Of a stretch of 64,000 nucleotides of DNA, positions 10,830-18,763 are shown one piece after another (the first letter of the stretch is position 1; every line of letters starts with the position of its first letter). The position numbers and the translations under genes were made by a program. The DNA is from an uncultured Acidimicrobiales bacterium (GTDB taxonomy: Bacteria > Actinomycetota > Acidimicrobiia > Acidimicrobiales > SZUA-35), in the NCBI GenBank assembly GCA_963723995.1, contig CAVRSZ010000001.1, positions 1,307,573 through 1,371,572 on the forward strand. Reading direction: 5' to 3'. Below the pieces are notes generated by a model. It was not told where the DNA came from. It made no database searches and saw only the letters and a list, made by a program, of their open reading frames with translations.

Positions 10830-11210
10830 GTGCACGAACTCTCGTTGTGCGGAGCCATCATGGAGACCGTGGCCGACCACGCCGATGGCCGACCGGTCCG
10901 CTGCGTCAACCTCACGATCGGGCACTTTCGTCAGGTCGTACCGGACACGCTGCAATTCTGTTGGCAGGCCCGGACGGCGGGAACCGGCTTCGAGGGCTGT
11001 GAACTCCATGTCGACTACGTGCCGGCCACCGTGTCATGCCGGGAGTGCGGCACCACGACCACGTTGGTCCATCCCATCCTGCGGTGTGGAAGCTGCCAAT
11101 CCCTCGACGTAGTGTTGGAAAGCGGTGAGGAGTTCGTGATCGAGTCCTTCGACCTGGCCAACGGCTCCACCGACCCCGAGACGGCTGGGACATCCGAGGA
11201 GAACCCCTAG
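10830..11210 (+). CDS. hypA: Hydrogenase nickel metallochaperone HypA
   Basis: MHELSL N-terminus, two CxxC motifs (CREC, CGSC), SGEEF. Confidence 0.95.
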   Translation: MHELSLCGAIMETVADHADGRPVRCVNLTIGHFRQVVPDTLQFCWQARTAGTGFEGCELHVDYVPATVSCRECGTTTTLVHPILRCGSCQSLDVVLESGEEFVIESFDLANGSTDPETAGTSEENP

Positions 11211-12019
11211 TGGGCCGATTTCATCGACACGCCGACGGCACGGTACATACCCACGACCACGATGACCACGGGCATGACCAGACCCATTCCCACTCCGGCA
11301 CCGGCAGGCGGGATGTCGGCGACCATTCCGGCTACGAGACCGGCATCGATCGGATCATGGTGCTGGAGCAGATCCTGGGCGAGAACGATCGCACGGCGGC
11401 GGCCAACCGCACCGATCTGGCTCGGCGCAACATCCGGACCATCAACCTCATGTCGTCGCCGGGGGCGGGCAAGACCACCCTGCTGACCAGAACGATTCCG
11501 GCCCTGGCTGACGACTACCGCATTGGAATCGTCGAGGGCGACATCGCCACCAGCCTGGATGCCGATCAACTGAGCGACCTCGGCGCCCAGGTGGCGCTGG
11601 TCAACACCAACGCCGGCTTCGGCGGTGAATGTCATCTGGACGCCACCATGGTCAGGGCCGGGCTCACGCGACTCGATCTCGATGCCCTTGACCTGATCAT
11701 CATCGAGAACGTGGGCAATCTCGTCTGTCCGGCTGAATTCGACGTCGGCCAGGACGCCAGGGCCATGGTCTACGCCGTCACCGAGGGCGAGGAGAAACCG
11801 CTCAAGTATCCGGTCATGTTCCGAGCCGTCGACGTGGTGGTGGTCAACAAGATCGACCTGCTCCCCCACCTTCGGTTCGATCTCCATGCATTTCGATCCA
11901 ACCTCGATGCCGTCAATCCCGGTGTCGCCGTGATCGAGGTCAGCGCCGAGACCGGTGCGGGCCTCGACCTGTGGCTCGACTGGCTTCGGTCGGTTGCCAC
12001 CGCCCCGCCCGGCACCTAG
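11210..12019 (+). CDS. hypB: Hydrogenase nickel incorporation GTPase HypB
   Basis: His-rich N-terminus, SSPGAGKTT, ECHLDA, ENVGNLVCPAEF, KPLKYP, NKIDL. Confidence 0.96.
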   Translation: MGRFHRHADGTVHTHDHDDHGHDQTHSHSGTGRRDVGDHSGYETGIDRIMVLEQILGENDRTAAANRTDLARRNIRTINLMSSPGAGKTTLLTRTIPALADDYRIGIVEGDIATSLDADQLSDLGAQVALVNTNAGFGGECHLDATMVRAGLTRLDLDALDLIIIENVGNLVCPAEFDVGQDARAMVYAVTEGEEKPLKYPVMFRAVDVVVVNKIDLLPHLRFDLHAFRSNLDAVNPGVAVIEVSAETGAGLDLWLDWLRSVATAPPGT

Positions 12020-12140
12020 ACGGTCTTTGGCGAGGAGGTGGCCGACTTGATTCTGCGAATGTTGCCGGCCGACCCAGAGGGCCTCAACGCCGTTCGTGAC
12101 CAATTATTCACCGGTGCAACGCCTCGGGACGGCGAGCAGA

Positions 12141-13571
12141 TCATGTCCGACGGCTGAGTTCGTCCTGGGCTCGAACGATGGCCCGGCGAAGTCGATCGAC
12201 GACCAAGTCGATCTCGGCTCGGTTGATGACCAACGGCGGCGACATGACGTTCAGATTGTCGATGGGACGCACGATGAGGCCGAGCCGGTCGGCCTCGCTG
12301 GAGACCAGCTTGCCCACCCCGACATCTTCGGGATGGGTCCGTTTGGTTGTCTTGTCAGCCACGAACTCGACGCACGCCATGAGATGCGAGCCTCGAACGT
12401 CGCCCACCATGGGAAGGTCATGCAGGGTGTGGAGCTGTTCGATGAAGTAGGGCCCGACGTCGCGGACATGCTGGAGGAGGTTCTCCCGCTCCATGATCTC
12501 GATGTTCTTGAGCGCGGCGGCGCAGCACACCGGATGACCGGAATAGGTGTAGCCGACGGCGAAATAGCGCCCGTGACCCCGATCGGAGATGGCATCGAAA
12601 ATCCGATCGCTGAACAGCATCGCCCCCAGCGGGAGGTAACCCGACGTCAGGCCTTTGGCCGAGATGATGATGTCGGGCTGGATCCCGAAAACGCGCTCGG
12701 AGGCGAACCACTGGCCGAGACGGCCGAATCCGGTCACCACCTCGTCGGACACGTAGAGGATGTCGTGATCGCAACAGAACTGCCAGATTCGCTGTAGGTA
12801 GTCGGCCGGTGGAACGATCACGCCACCGGAACCCATGATTGGTTCGGCGAAAAAGGCGGCTACCTTACCTGGTCCACCGAGTTCGGCCACCTTGGCCTCG
12901 AACTCGGCCACCAGATCATCGGCGAACTCCTGCTCGCTGCGTTCACCCCCATGCCGATAGTGGTTGGGTGAACTGAGATGGTGGATGATGTCGTCGATGA
13001 ACTCGAATTCGGGCGGGCGGTCCCCCGGCTTGCCCCCGATGGAGACGGCGGCGTAGGTGGTTCCGTGATAGGCGTCGACACGGGAGAGTATGTGACGCTT
13101 CTGGTGGAGGCCCCGGGCGTGTTGATAGAACTGAACCAGGCGAAACGCGGCGTCAACCGCAGTCGAGCCTCCCGTGGTGAAGAACACGTGGTTGATGGGA
13201 GCAGGGGCGAGTTCGACCAACCGCTCGCTGAGTTCAACCGCCGGGATGTTGGTCATGTCCACGAACGGGTTGGCGTACGCCAGCCGTCGCACCTGCATGG
13301 CGATGGCCTGGGCCATTTCCTCCCGCCCCAGACCGATATTGGTACACCACATCCCACCGACGGCGTCGATGTAGTCGTTGCCATCGGCATCCATGAGGTG
13401 GACCCCGGAGCCCTGGGCTATGGGGAGGACGGGTTCGTCGAGGTAGGTGTCGAAGACCTGGTAGGGGTGGACGAGATACTGCTGATCGGAGGCGACGAGG
13501 CGAGCCGTGTCGATCGACGCCGGATCGACGGTCGGATCGCTCGGCTCGGCTGGGGACGAGGGCTGGGACAT
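12141..13571 (-). CDS. Class III PLP-dependent aminotransferase (omega-amino acid/polyamine type)
   Basis: DAVGGMWC, YHG, FAEPIMGSGGVI, DEVVTGFGRLG, PLP lysine in SAKGLTSGYLPLG. Confidence 0.9.
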   Translation of the reverse strand: MSQPSSPAEPSDPTVDPASIDTARLVASDQQYLVHPYQVFDTYLDEPVLPIAQGSGVHLMDADGNDYIDAVGGMWCTNIGLGREEMAQAIAMQVRRLAYANPFVDMTNIPAVELSERLVELAPAPINHVFFTTGGSTAVDAAFRLVQFYQHARGLHQKRHILSRVDAYHGTTYAAVSIGGKPGDRPPEFEFIDDIIHHLSSPNHYRHGGERSEQEFADDLVAEFEAKVAELGGPGKVAAFFAEPIMGSGGVIVPPADYLQRIWQFCCDHDILYVSDEVVTGFGRLGQWFASERVFGIQPDIIISAKGLTSGYLPLGAMLFSDRIFDAISDRGHGRYFAVGYTYSGHPVCCAAALKNIEIMERENLLQHVRDVGPYFIEQLHTLHDLPMVGDVRGSHLMACVEFVADKTTKRTHPEDVGVGKLVSSEADRLGLIVRPIDNLNVMSPPLVINRAEIDLVVDRLRRAIVRAQDELSRRT

Positions 13572-13610
13572 GGTCGGCTTCTCCGTCGGGGAACGCCAGA
13601 GTATCCGATC

Positions 13611-14624
13611 TCAGGAACCCTCGGTCCAGTGCCGCAGCGCCTCGTGCTGTTCCGGCGTCCCCAGGACGATGATGGTGTCCTCGGGACACAACCGTTCGTC
13701 ACCACGGACATTGTGAACCCACGAGCCGTCCGACCGGCGTATGGCGATCACCGTGATCCCGGTGGAGTCGGCCAAACCGGATTCGGCCAGCGTTCGGTCG
13801 CTCAGCCGGCCGCCGGCCCGCACCGTGCGCTCCCCGAGACGCAGTTCGAGATCACCATCGGTCATGTTCTCGCCGATGAAGTCGGCAACGTTGGGGTGAA
13901 GCAGGAACGAGGCCATGCGATTGCCCCCGATCTCGTGAGGGTTGACCACCCGATCGGCTCCGGCATGCAGCAACTTGGGAGCGGCGTTGGGGCCGTTTGA
14001 CCGGGTCACGATGAACAGCGACGGATTGAGGGACCGGGCCGACACGACGACGTACATGTTGTCCGCATCGGAATCGAGGGCGACCACCAGAGCCGACGCC
14101 CGCTCCACTCCGGCCCGGCGCAGCACCTCCTCCTCCGTGGCGTCACCGGAGACGAAATACGCCCCGTTTTGGCGAATCTCGGCGTGTTGGTCGATGATCG
14201 TGACCGTCCGGCCCCGCCCGGTCAGCATGCGCCCTATTGATTGTCCCACCTGACCCCAACCACAGATGATGATGTGGCCGCGGAGGGCGTGCAGTTCGCG
14301 TTCCATGCGGTTCCTTTCCAGACGACCCCGAAAGTGGCCCTCCATCAATCCATCGAAGGTGACGCCAATGGTGTACGCCGAGACGCCGACCCCGAACAGG
14401 ATGATGAACGACGTCACCACCCGGTAGGTGTCGTCGACGGTGGGCCCGACCTCACCGAAGCCGACGGTCGACACCGTGATCAGGGTCTGATAAAAGGCTT
14501 CGATCCAGGTCAACCCGATGAGTCGATAGGCCAGGGTACCCAGCCCGAACACGGCGGCCACGGCGGTCAGACCGAAGCGAGTACGGCGCCAGGGGTCCGG
14601 CGCGAATGTCGGGCTACCGTACAT
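13611..14624 (-). CDS. Potassium channel protein with TrkA-N/TrkA-C (RCK) domains
   Basis: Pore motif TVSTVGFGE, GWGQVG Rossmann motif, GDATEEEVLRRAGV, AGADRVVNP. Confidence 0.9.
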   Translation of the reverse strand: MYGSPTFAPDPWRRTRFGLTAVAAVFGLGTLAYRLIGLTWIEAFYQTLITVSTVGFGEVGPTVDDTYRVVTSFIILFGVGVSAYTIGVTFDGLMEGHFRGRLERNRMERELHALRGHIIICGWGQVGQSIGRMLTGRGRTVTIIDQHAEIRQNGAYFVSGDATEEEVLRRAGVERASALVVALDSDADNMYVVVSARSLNPSLFIVTRSNGPNAAPKLLHAGADRVVNPHEIGGNRMASFLLHPNVADFIGENMTDGDLELRLGERTVRAGGRLSDRTLAESGLADSTGITVIAIRRSDGSWVHNVRGDERLCPEDTIIVLGTPEQHEALRHWTEGS

Positions 14625-14705
14625 AGTCCGATTCAAGATACCCCGGCGGCGGCCGGGCGCTGTTCATGCCCGTCAGCCGGAAACGGCCTCGGGCGAAGGG
14701 ACCCC

Positions 14706-14754
14706 AACAGGGCGCCACCACCGGGACATGATGACCCGGTGGTGGCGCCTTGTT
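14706..14754. terminator. Strong hairpin downstream of hsp20, probable terminator
   Basis: AACAGGGCGCCACCACCGGG-9 nt-CCCGGTGGTGGCGCCTTGTT, a 20-bp near-perfect inverted repeat. Confidence 0.75.
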
Positions 14755-14784
14755 TGTCGGTTGTTCCGTCGACGGATCGGACGA

Positions 14785-15258
14785 TCACACGCTGGTTTTC
14801 ACCTCATCGGCCTCGTTCTCGGTGCCGACGTCGATCGACTCGGCCTCGATGGCCGAGGGCTCGGTGCCGATGGTGATCTTGCGAGGCTTGGCCCGCTCCG
14901 AGATGGGAATCCGGAGGGTCAGCACACCGTCGTTGAAGGTGGCCTCGATGCCCTCGGGGTCGAGACTCTCACCGAGATGAACCTGGCGGCGGAACCGGCC
15001 CCGGGGCCGCTCCAGCAGGTACATCTGATCACCTTCCTTGCGCTCCCAGTCACGCTGGGCCTCGATGGTCAGGACACTTCGTTCCACCGAGATGTCGACT
15101 GCGTCAGCCGACACCCCCGGCAGGTCGATGTGAACCCAGACATTGCTGCCCCGCCGGTAGGCGTCCATGGCCATACCGTTGATGTCATCGTTGCGGCCGG
15201 CCATGCGCCGAAACATCTGGTCGAAGTCGCGGAACGGGTCATTCTGGGACAAAAGCAT
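14785..15258 (-). CDS. Hsp20/alpha-crystallin small heat-shock protein
   Basis: DPFRDFD, MDAYR, DLPGV, ERPRGRFRRQV, GVLTLRIP, AKPRKI. Confidence 0.95.
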   Translation of the reverse strand: MLLSQNDPFRDFDQMFRRMAGRNDDINGMAMDAYRRGSNVWVHIDLPGVSADAVDISVERSVLTIEAQRDWERKEGDQMYLLERPRGRFRRQVHLGESLDPEGIEATFNDGVLTLRIPISERAKPRKITIGTEPSAIEAESIDVGTENEADEVKTSV

Positions 15259-15329
15259 CGTTGCTCTCCTCGATTGGTTGTCGAAACAAGGGGGTTTGAC
15301 CTATCGGACTCTGTTTGCCGAATAATGAA

Positions 15330-15360
15330 AGTATTTCAGATTGAGTGATATGTTGTCAAG
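15330..15360 (-). promoter_or_regulatory. SigA-type hsp20 promoter overlapped by a HAIR-like (HspR) operator
   Basis: Minus strand TTGACA (15359-15354)-18 nt-AATACT (15335-15330). Plus strand ATTGAGT-N7-TGTCAAG (15340-15360) versus the HAIR consensus CTTGAGT-N7-ACTCAAG. Confidence 0.65.
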
Positions 15361-15400
15361 AATCTTGAAGGTGAGTTGCTGATTCGCTAGTGTCGTCACC

Positions 15401-16000
15401 ATGAGTCGACAACCTTCACGACCGCGGTTGAGTCGGGATGCGCTCACTACGGTCGCGCTGCTGCTGGTGGACGAGTCGGGGTACGACGCCCTGACCCTCT
15501 CGGCGGTGGCCGAGCAGCTCCAGGTCGGGCCTTCCGCCCTCTACACCCACTGCGGGGGTCTCGACGGTCTACGTCATGTGACGGCAGTGGCCGCCACCAA
15601 CAACCTGGCGGGCCATGTCCGTCAGGCAGCCATCGGCACCGCCGGCGGCGACGCGGTCAAAGCCGTGGCCCACGCCTACCGCGATTTCACCCTCGATCAT
15701 CCCGGCCAGTTCGCCGCCACGCTCCGCCCACCCCGGGCCGACGACGACGAGCTGGTCGAGGCCGATCAGGCCATCACCGATGTGTTTGCCCTGGTCTATG
15801 TCGCCATGGGAATGACGCCGCCCGAATCGACCCTTGCCGCCCGCAGTATCCGATCGGCCGTCCACGGCTTCCTGGCCCTGGAACACAACAGCGGTACCAC
15901 CGAGACCTGCGCCGACGACTACCAGCACCTTCTCGACACCGTGCATCATGGCATCAGCGAGCGGTACTTCGCCGACGTGGAGGGCCCTGCACCGGACTGA
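15401..16000 (+). CDS. TetR family regulator with WHG-type C-terminal domain
   Basis: HTH LTLSAVAEQLQVGPSALYTH; AYRDFTLDHPG; RSAVHGFLALE. Confidence 0.85.
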   Translation: MSRQPSRPRLSRDALTTVALLLVDESGYDALTLSAVAEQLQVGPSALYTHCGGLDGLRHVTAVAATNNLAGHVRQAAIGTAGGDAVKAVAHAYRDFTLDHPGQFAATLRPPRADDDELVEADQAITDVFALVYVAMGMTPPESTLAARSIRSAVHGFLALEHNSGTTETCADDYQHLLDTVHHGISERYFADVEGPAPD

Positions 16001-16064
16001 TGTCAAGCCGACCCGGCACTGCCATTACCGATCGCAGCCACCCGAACCGACGTCGACGATGGTA

Positions 16065-16472
16065 CTAGGTGAACGCATCGGCCCGAAACACCAGGGCGCG
16101 GACCTCATCAGGCAGGGTCATGGGATCGAAGGGCTTGTGGATGGTGCCGATGGCTCCGGCATTCACATAGTCCTGAAGATCGTGCTGTTGAACCTTGGCC
16201 GTCATGAAGATCACCGGGATGTGTCGAGTGGCCGGATCGTCCTTGAGAATTCGAAGCGTGGCCATGCCATCCATGTCGGGCATCATCATGTCGAGGAGGA
16301 TGACGTCCGGTTCGTGTTCGACGGCCAGGGCGATACCTTCCGTACCGCGTGCGGCGAGGCACGTCTCGAAGCCACCGACCTGACTCAGGCTGATGTCGGC
16401 GATCATGCGAATTTCCGCATCATCCTCGATGAGAAGGACGCGCTGCAGGTCGGTTGCGGGCGGTGGGGTCAC
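16065..16472 (-). CDS. Single-domain response regulator
   Basis: VLLIEDD, LLDMMMPDMDG, IFMTAK, KPFDP. GTG start at 16472 after GAGGAG. Confidence 0.9.
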   Translation of the reverse strand: MTPPPATDLQRVLLIEDDAEIRMIADISLSQVGGFETCLAARGTEGIALAVEHEPDVILLDMMMPDMDGMATLRILKDDPATRHIPVIFMTAKVQQHDLQDYVNAGAIGTIHKPFDPMTLPDEVRALVFRADAFT

Positions 16473-16612
16473 GGGCACTCCTCGTCTGAGGTTCCTGGTC
16501 ACCACCATCGGCCGAACCGCCGGCCGGCTTGAGCCACGGCACCGGGACACCGCACCCGGTGGGGGCCTGCCGTCGAATCAAGAACGATGGATCAGGGCCG
16601 ATGGAGTGGGCG

Positions 16613-18763
16613 ATGACCGTCGACCATCGTGATATCGCGTCGAGCGACGCCCGTGCCGACCCCGGCGCCGGGCCCGGCCAGATCTCTCCGACCAAGCTGC
16701 TGGAGCACATCAGTCGGGCCCAGCGGGACTTCATCCTCGACGGCGATGCCCGCGAGGTTTTCAGTCGTCTGCTGGACGGCATTCTGGACATCACCGCCAG
16801 CGAATACGGCTTCATCGGCGAGACCGAGCCCGGCGACGACGGAAGACCGGTGCTTCGGACCTGGGCCATCACCAATATCGCCTGGACCGACGAGTTGGCC
16901 CAATGGTTCGAGAAGAACAACCCCAACGGGCTGATGTTCGAGAAGCTGGAAACCCTGTTCGGGGCGGTGCTCACCGAGGGCGAGCCCGTCATTGCCAACG
17001 AGCCCGGCACCGACAGCCGCCGGGGCGGTTTGCCCGAGGGTCATCCCCCGCTTCTTGCCTTCCTCGGACTCCCGTTTCTCCTCGGAGGCGAGGTCGTCGG
17101 CATGGTCGGCCTGGCCAACCGGGTCGGTGGGTACAACTCGGAGCTGGTCGAACAGCTCGAGCCGTTCGCCGCAACCTGCGTCAGTTTGATCGGTGCCCTG
17201 CGGGCCGGGCGGGAACGGGACATGGCCAACTCGGAGCGCCGGCAACGGATCGCCGAGACGGCCACAGTACTGGAGTCGGTGGCCGACGCCGTGGTCGTGG
17301 TCGATGAGCTGGGCGTGATTCGTACCTACAACCGGGCGGCCGAAACCACCTTTGGCTACTCGGCCAAGGAGGCCATCGGGCAGAGGATCACACTGCTGAT
17401 GCCCGATGAGCTGATCCCGCCACCTGACGTGCTGGCCGACCACGATCGGCTACGGCGGTATGTCGAGCGTGGTGTGCAGCCGTTTCTCGGTATGAGGCAG
17501 GAGGTGTTCGCCCGCCGCAAGGACGGCACCGTGTTTCCCATGGAGCTGATCGTCAGCGAGGTCGTCAGTCCCGATGCCACCATGTTCGTGGGGACATGCC
17601 GGGATCTCACCAGCAGGCACCTCGCCGCCACCGAACTGCAGATGTATGCCGGCACGATCGAAGCCACTCCCGACTTCGTCGGGGTCGGCACCGCCGACGG
17701 GACCGTGTTGGCCATCAACGAGGCGGGCCGTCGGCTGATCGGATTCCCCCTCGACGAGCCGATCATGAACCTGCAAATCGGTGATGTCCACACCGATGCG
17801 TCACGCCGGCTGGTGGTCGAGGTCGGGCTGCCGACCGCTCTTCGCCAAGGTTCGTGGTCGGGCGAGACCGAGTTCCGGCGACCGAGCGGCGGGGTGATTC
17901 CCATGTCCCAGGTCATCATGGTCAGCCGGGACGCCCACGGCCATCCCCGCTATGTGTCCACCATCGCCCGCGATATCAGCGAAGCCAAGGAGGTGGAGCG
18001 ACTCAAGACCGAGTTCGTGTCCACTGTGTCCCACGAGCTGCGAACGCCGCTCACCTCCATCCGGGGATCGCTCGGCCTGCTCACCGGAGGGGTGGCCGGA
18101 CAGCTGCCGGAGCAGGCGGCGTCGATGATCCAGCTCGCCCTGTCCAGTACGGAGCGGCTGATCCGGCTGGTCAACGACATCCTCGATCTGGAAAAGGCCG
18201 AGACCCAGAGGCTGGGCTTCGAGATGCGGCAGCTGCGACCGGGCGAACTGGTCAATGCCACCATCGACGCCATCGCCGGGCTGTCGGAGGAAGCCGATGT
18301 CGCCGTCGTGGTCGAGGGACTGAACCGGCCGGTGGCCGACGCCACGTTCCTGGGCGACATCGATCGGCTGGTCCAGCTGCTGGTCAACCTGATCGCCAAT
18401 GCCATCAAGTTCTCCCCCCCGGGGGACACGGTCACCGTGTCGCTGTCGGTCACGCCCGATGGAACGCTCCGCATCTCGGTCTCGGACAATGGATGCGGCA
18501 TCGACGAGACCCATCTCGAGACGGTCTTCGAGCCGTTCCGCCAGATCGATTCATCGGATCGTCGCCGTGTTGGGGGTACCGGATTGGGCCTGGCCATTGT
18601 CCGGGCCATCGCCGAAGGCCATCACGGCTCGGTCACCGTCCGGAGCACCGTCGGGGTCGGTTCCACCTTCACCGTGCGACTGCCGACGATCGATCCTCGG
18701 GAATCAGGCGATCACGAAGCCGCTGCTGCTCGGCCCGATACTCGGCTACACGCCTCACCTTGA
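16613..18763 (+). CDS. Soluble GAF-PAS-PAS sensor histidine kinase
   Basis: GAF (GGLPEGHPPLLAFLGLP), PAS/PAC (ARRKDGTVFPMEL), H-box SHELRTPLTSI, N-box NAIKFS, DNGCGI, GGTGLGLAI. Confidence 0.92.
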   Translation: MTVDHRDIASSDARADPGAGPGQISPTKLLEHISRAQRDFILDGDAREVFSRLLDGILDITASEYGFIGETEPGDDGRPVLRTWAITNIAWTDELAQWFEKNNPNGLMFEKLETLFGAVLTEGEPVIANEPGTDSRRGGLPEGHPPLLAFLGLPFLLGGEVVGMVGLANRVGGYNSELVEQLEPFAATCVSLIGALRAGRERDMANSERRQRIAETATVLESVADAVVVVDELGVIRTYNRAAETTFGYSAKEAIGQRITLLMPDELIPPPDVLADHDRLRRYVERGVQPFLGMRQEVFARRKDGTVFPMELIVSEVVSPDATMFVGTCRDLTSRHLAATELQMYAGTIEATPDFVGVGTADGTVLAINEAGRRLIGFPLDEPIMNLQIGDVHTDASRRLVVEVGLPTALRQGSWSGETEFRRPSGGVIPMSQVIMVSRDAHGHPRYVSTIARDISEAKEVERLKTEFVSTVSHELRTPLTSIRGSLGLLTGGVAGQLPEQAASMIQLALSSTERLIRLVNDILDLEKAETQRLGFEMRQLRPGELVNATIDAIAGLSEEADVAVVVEGLNRPVADATFLGDIDRLVQLLVNLIANAIKFSPPGDTVTVSLSVTPDGTLRISVSDNGCGIDETHLETVFEPFRQIDSSDRRRVGGTGLGLAIVRAIAEGHHGSVTVRSTVGVGSTFTVRLPTIDPRESGDHEAAAARPDTRLHASP

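Noticed and set aside
12096-12111. GTGA-N8-TCAC inverted repeat resembling a Rex/CRP box
   Set aside because: Wrong spacing, and it lies between convergent gene ends.
12020-12157. 45 open codons in frame after the hypB TAG (TVFGEEVADLILRMLPADPEG...)
   Set aside because: HypB is already complete at the TAG and nothing indicates amber recoding. It may be chance or a small gene remnant.
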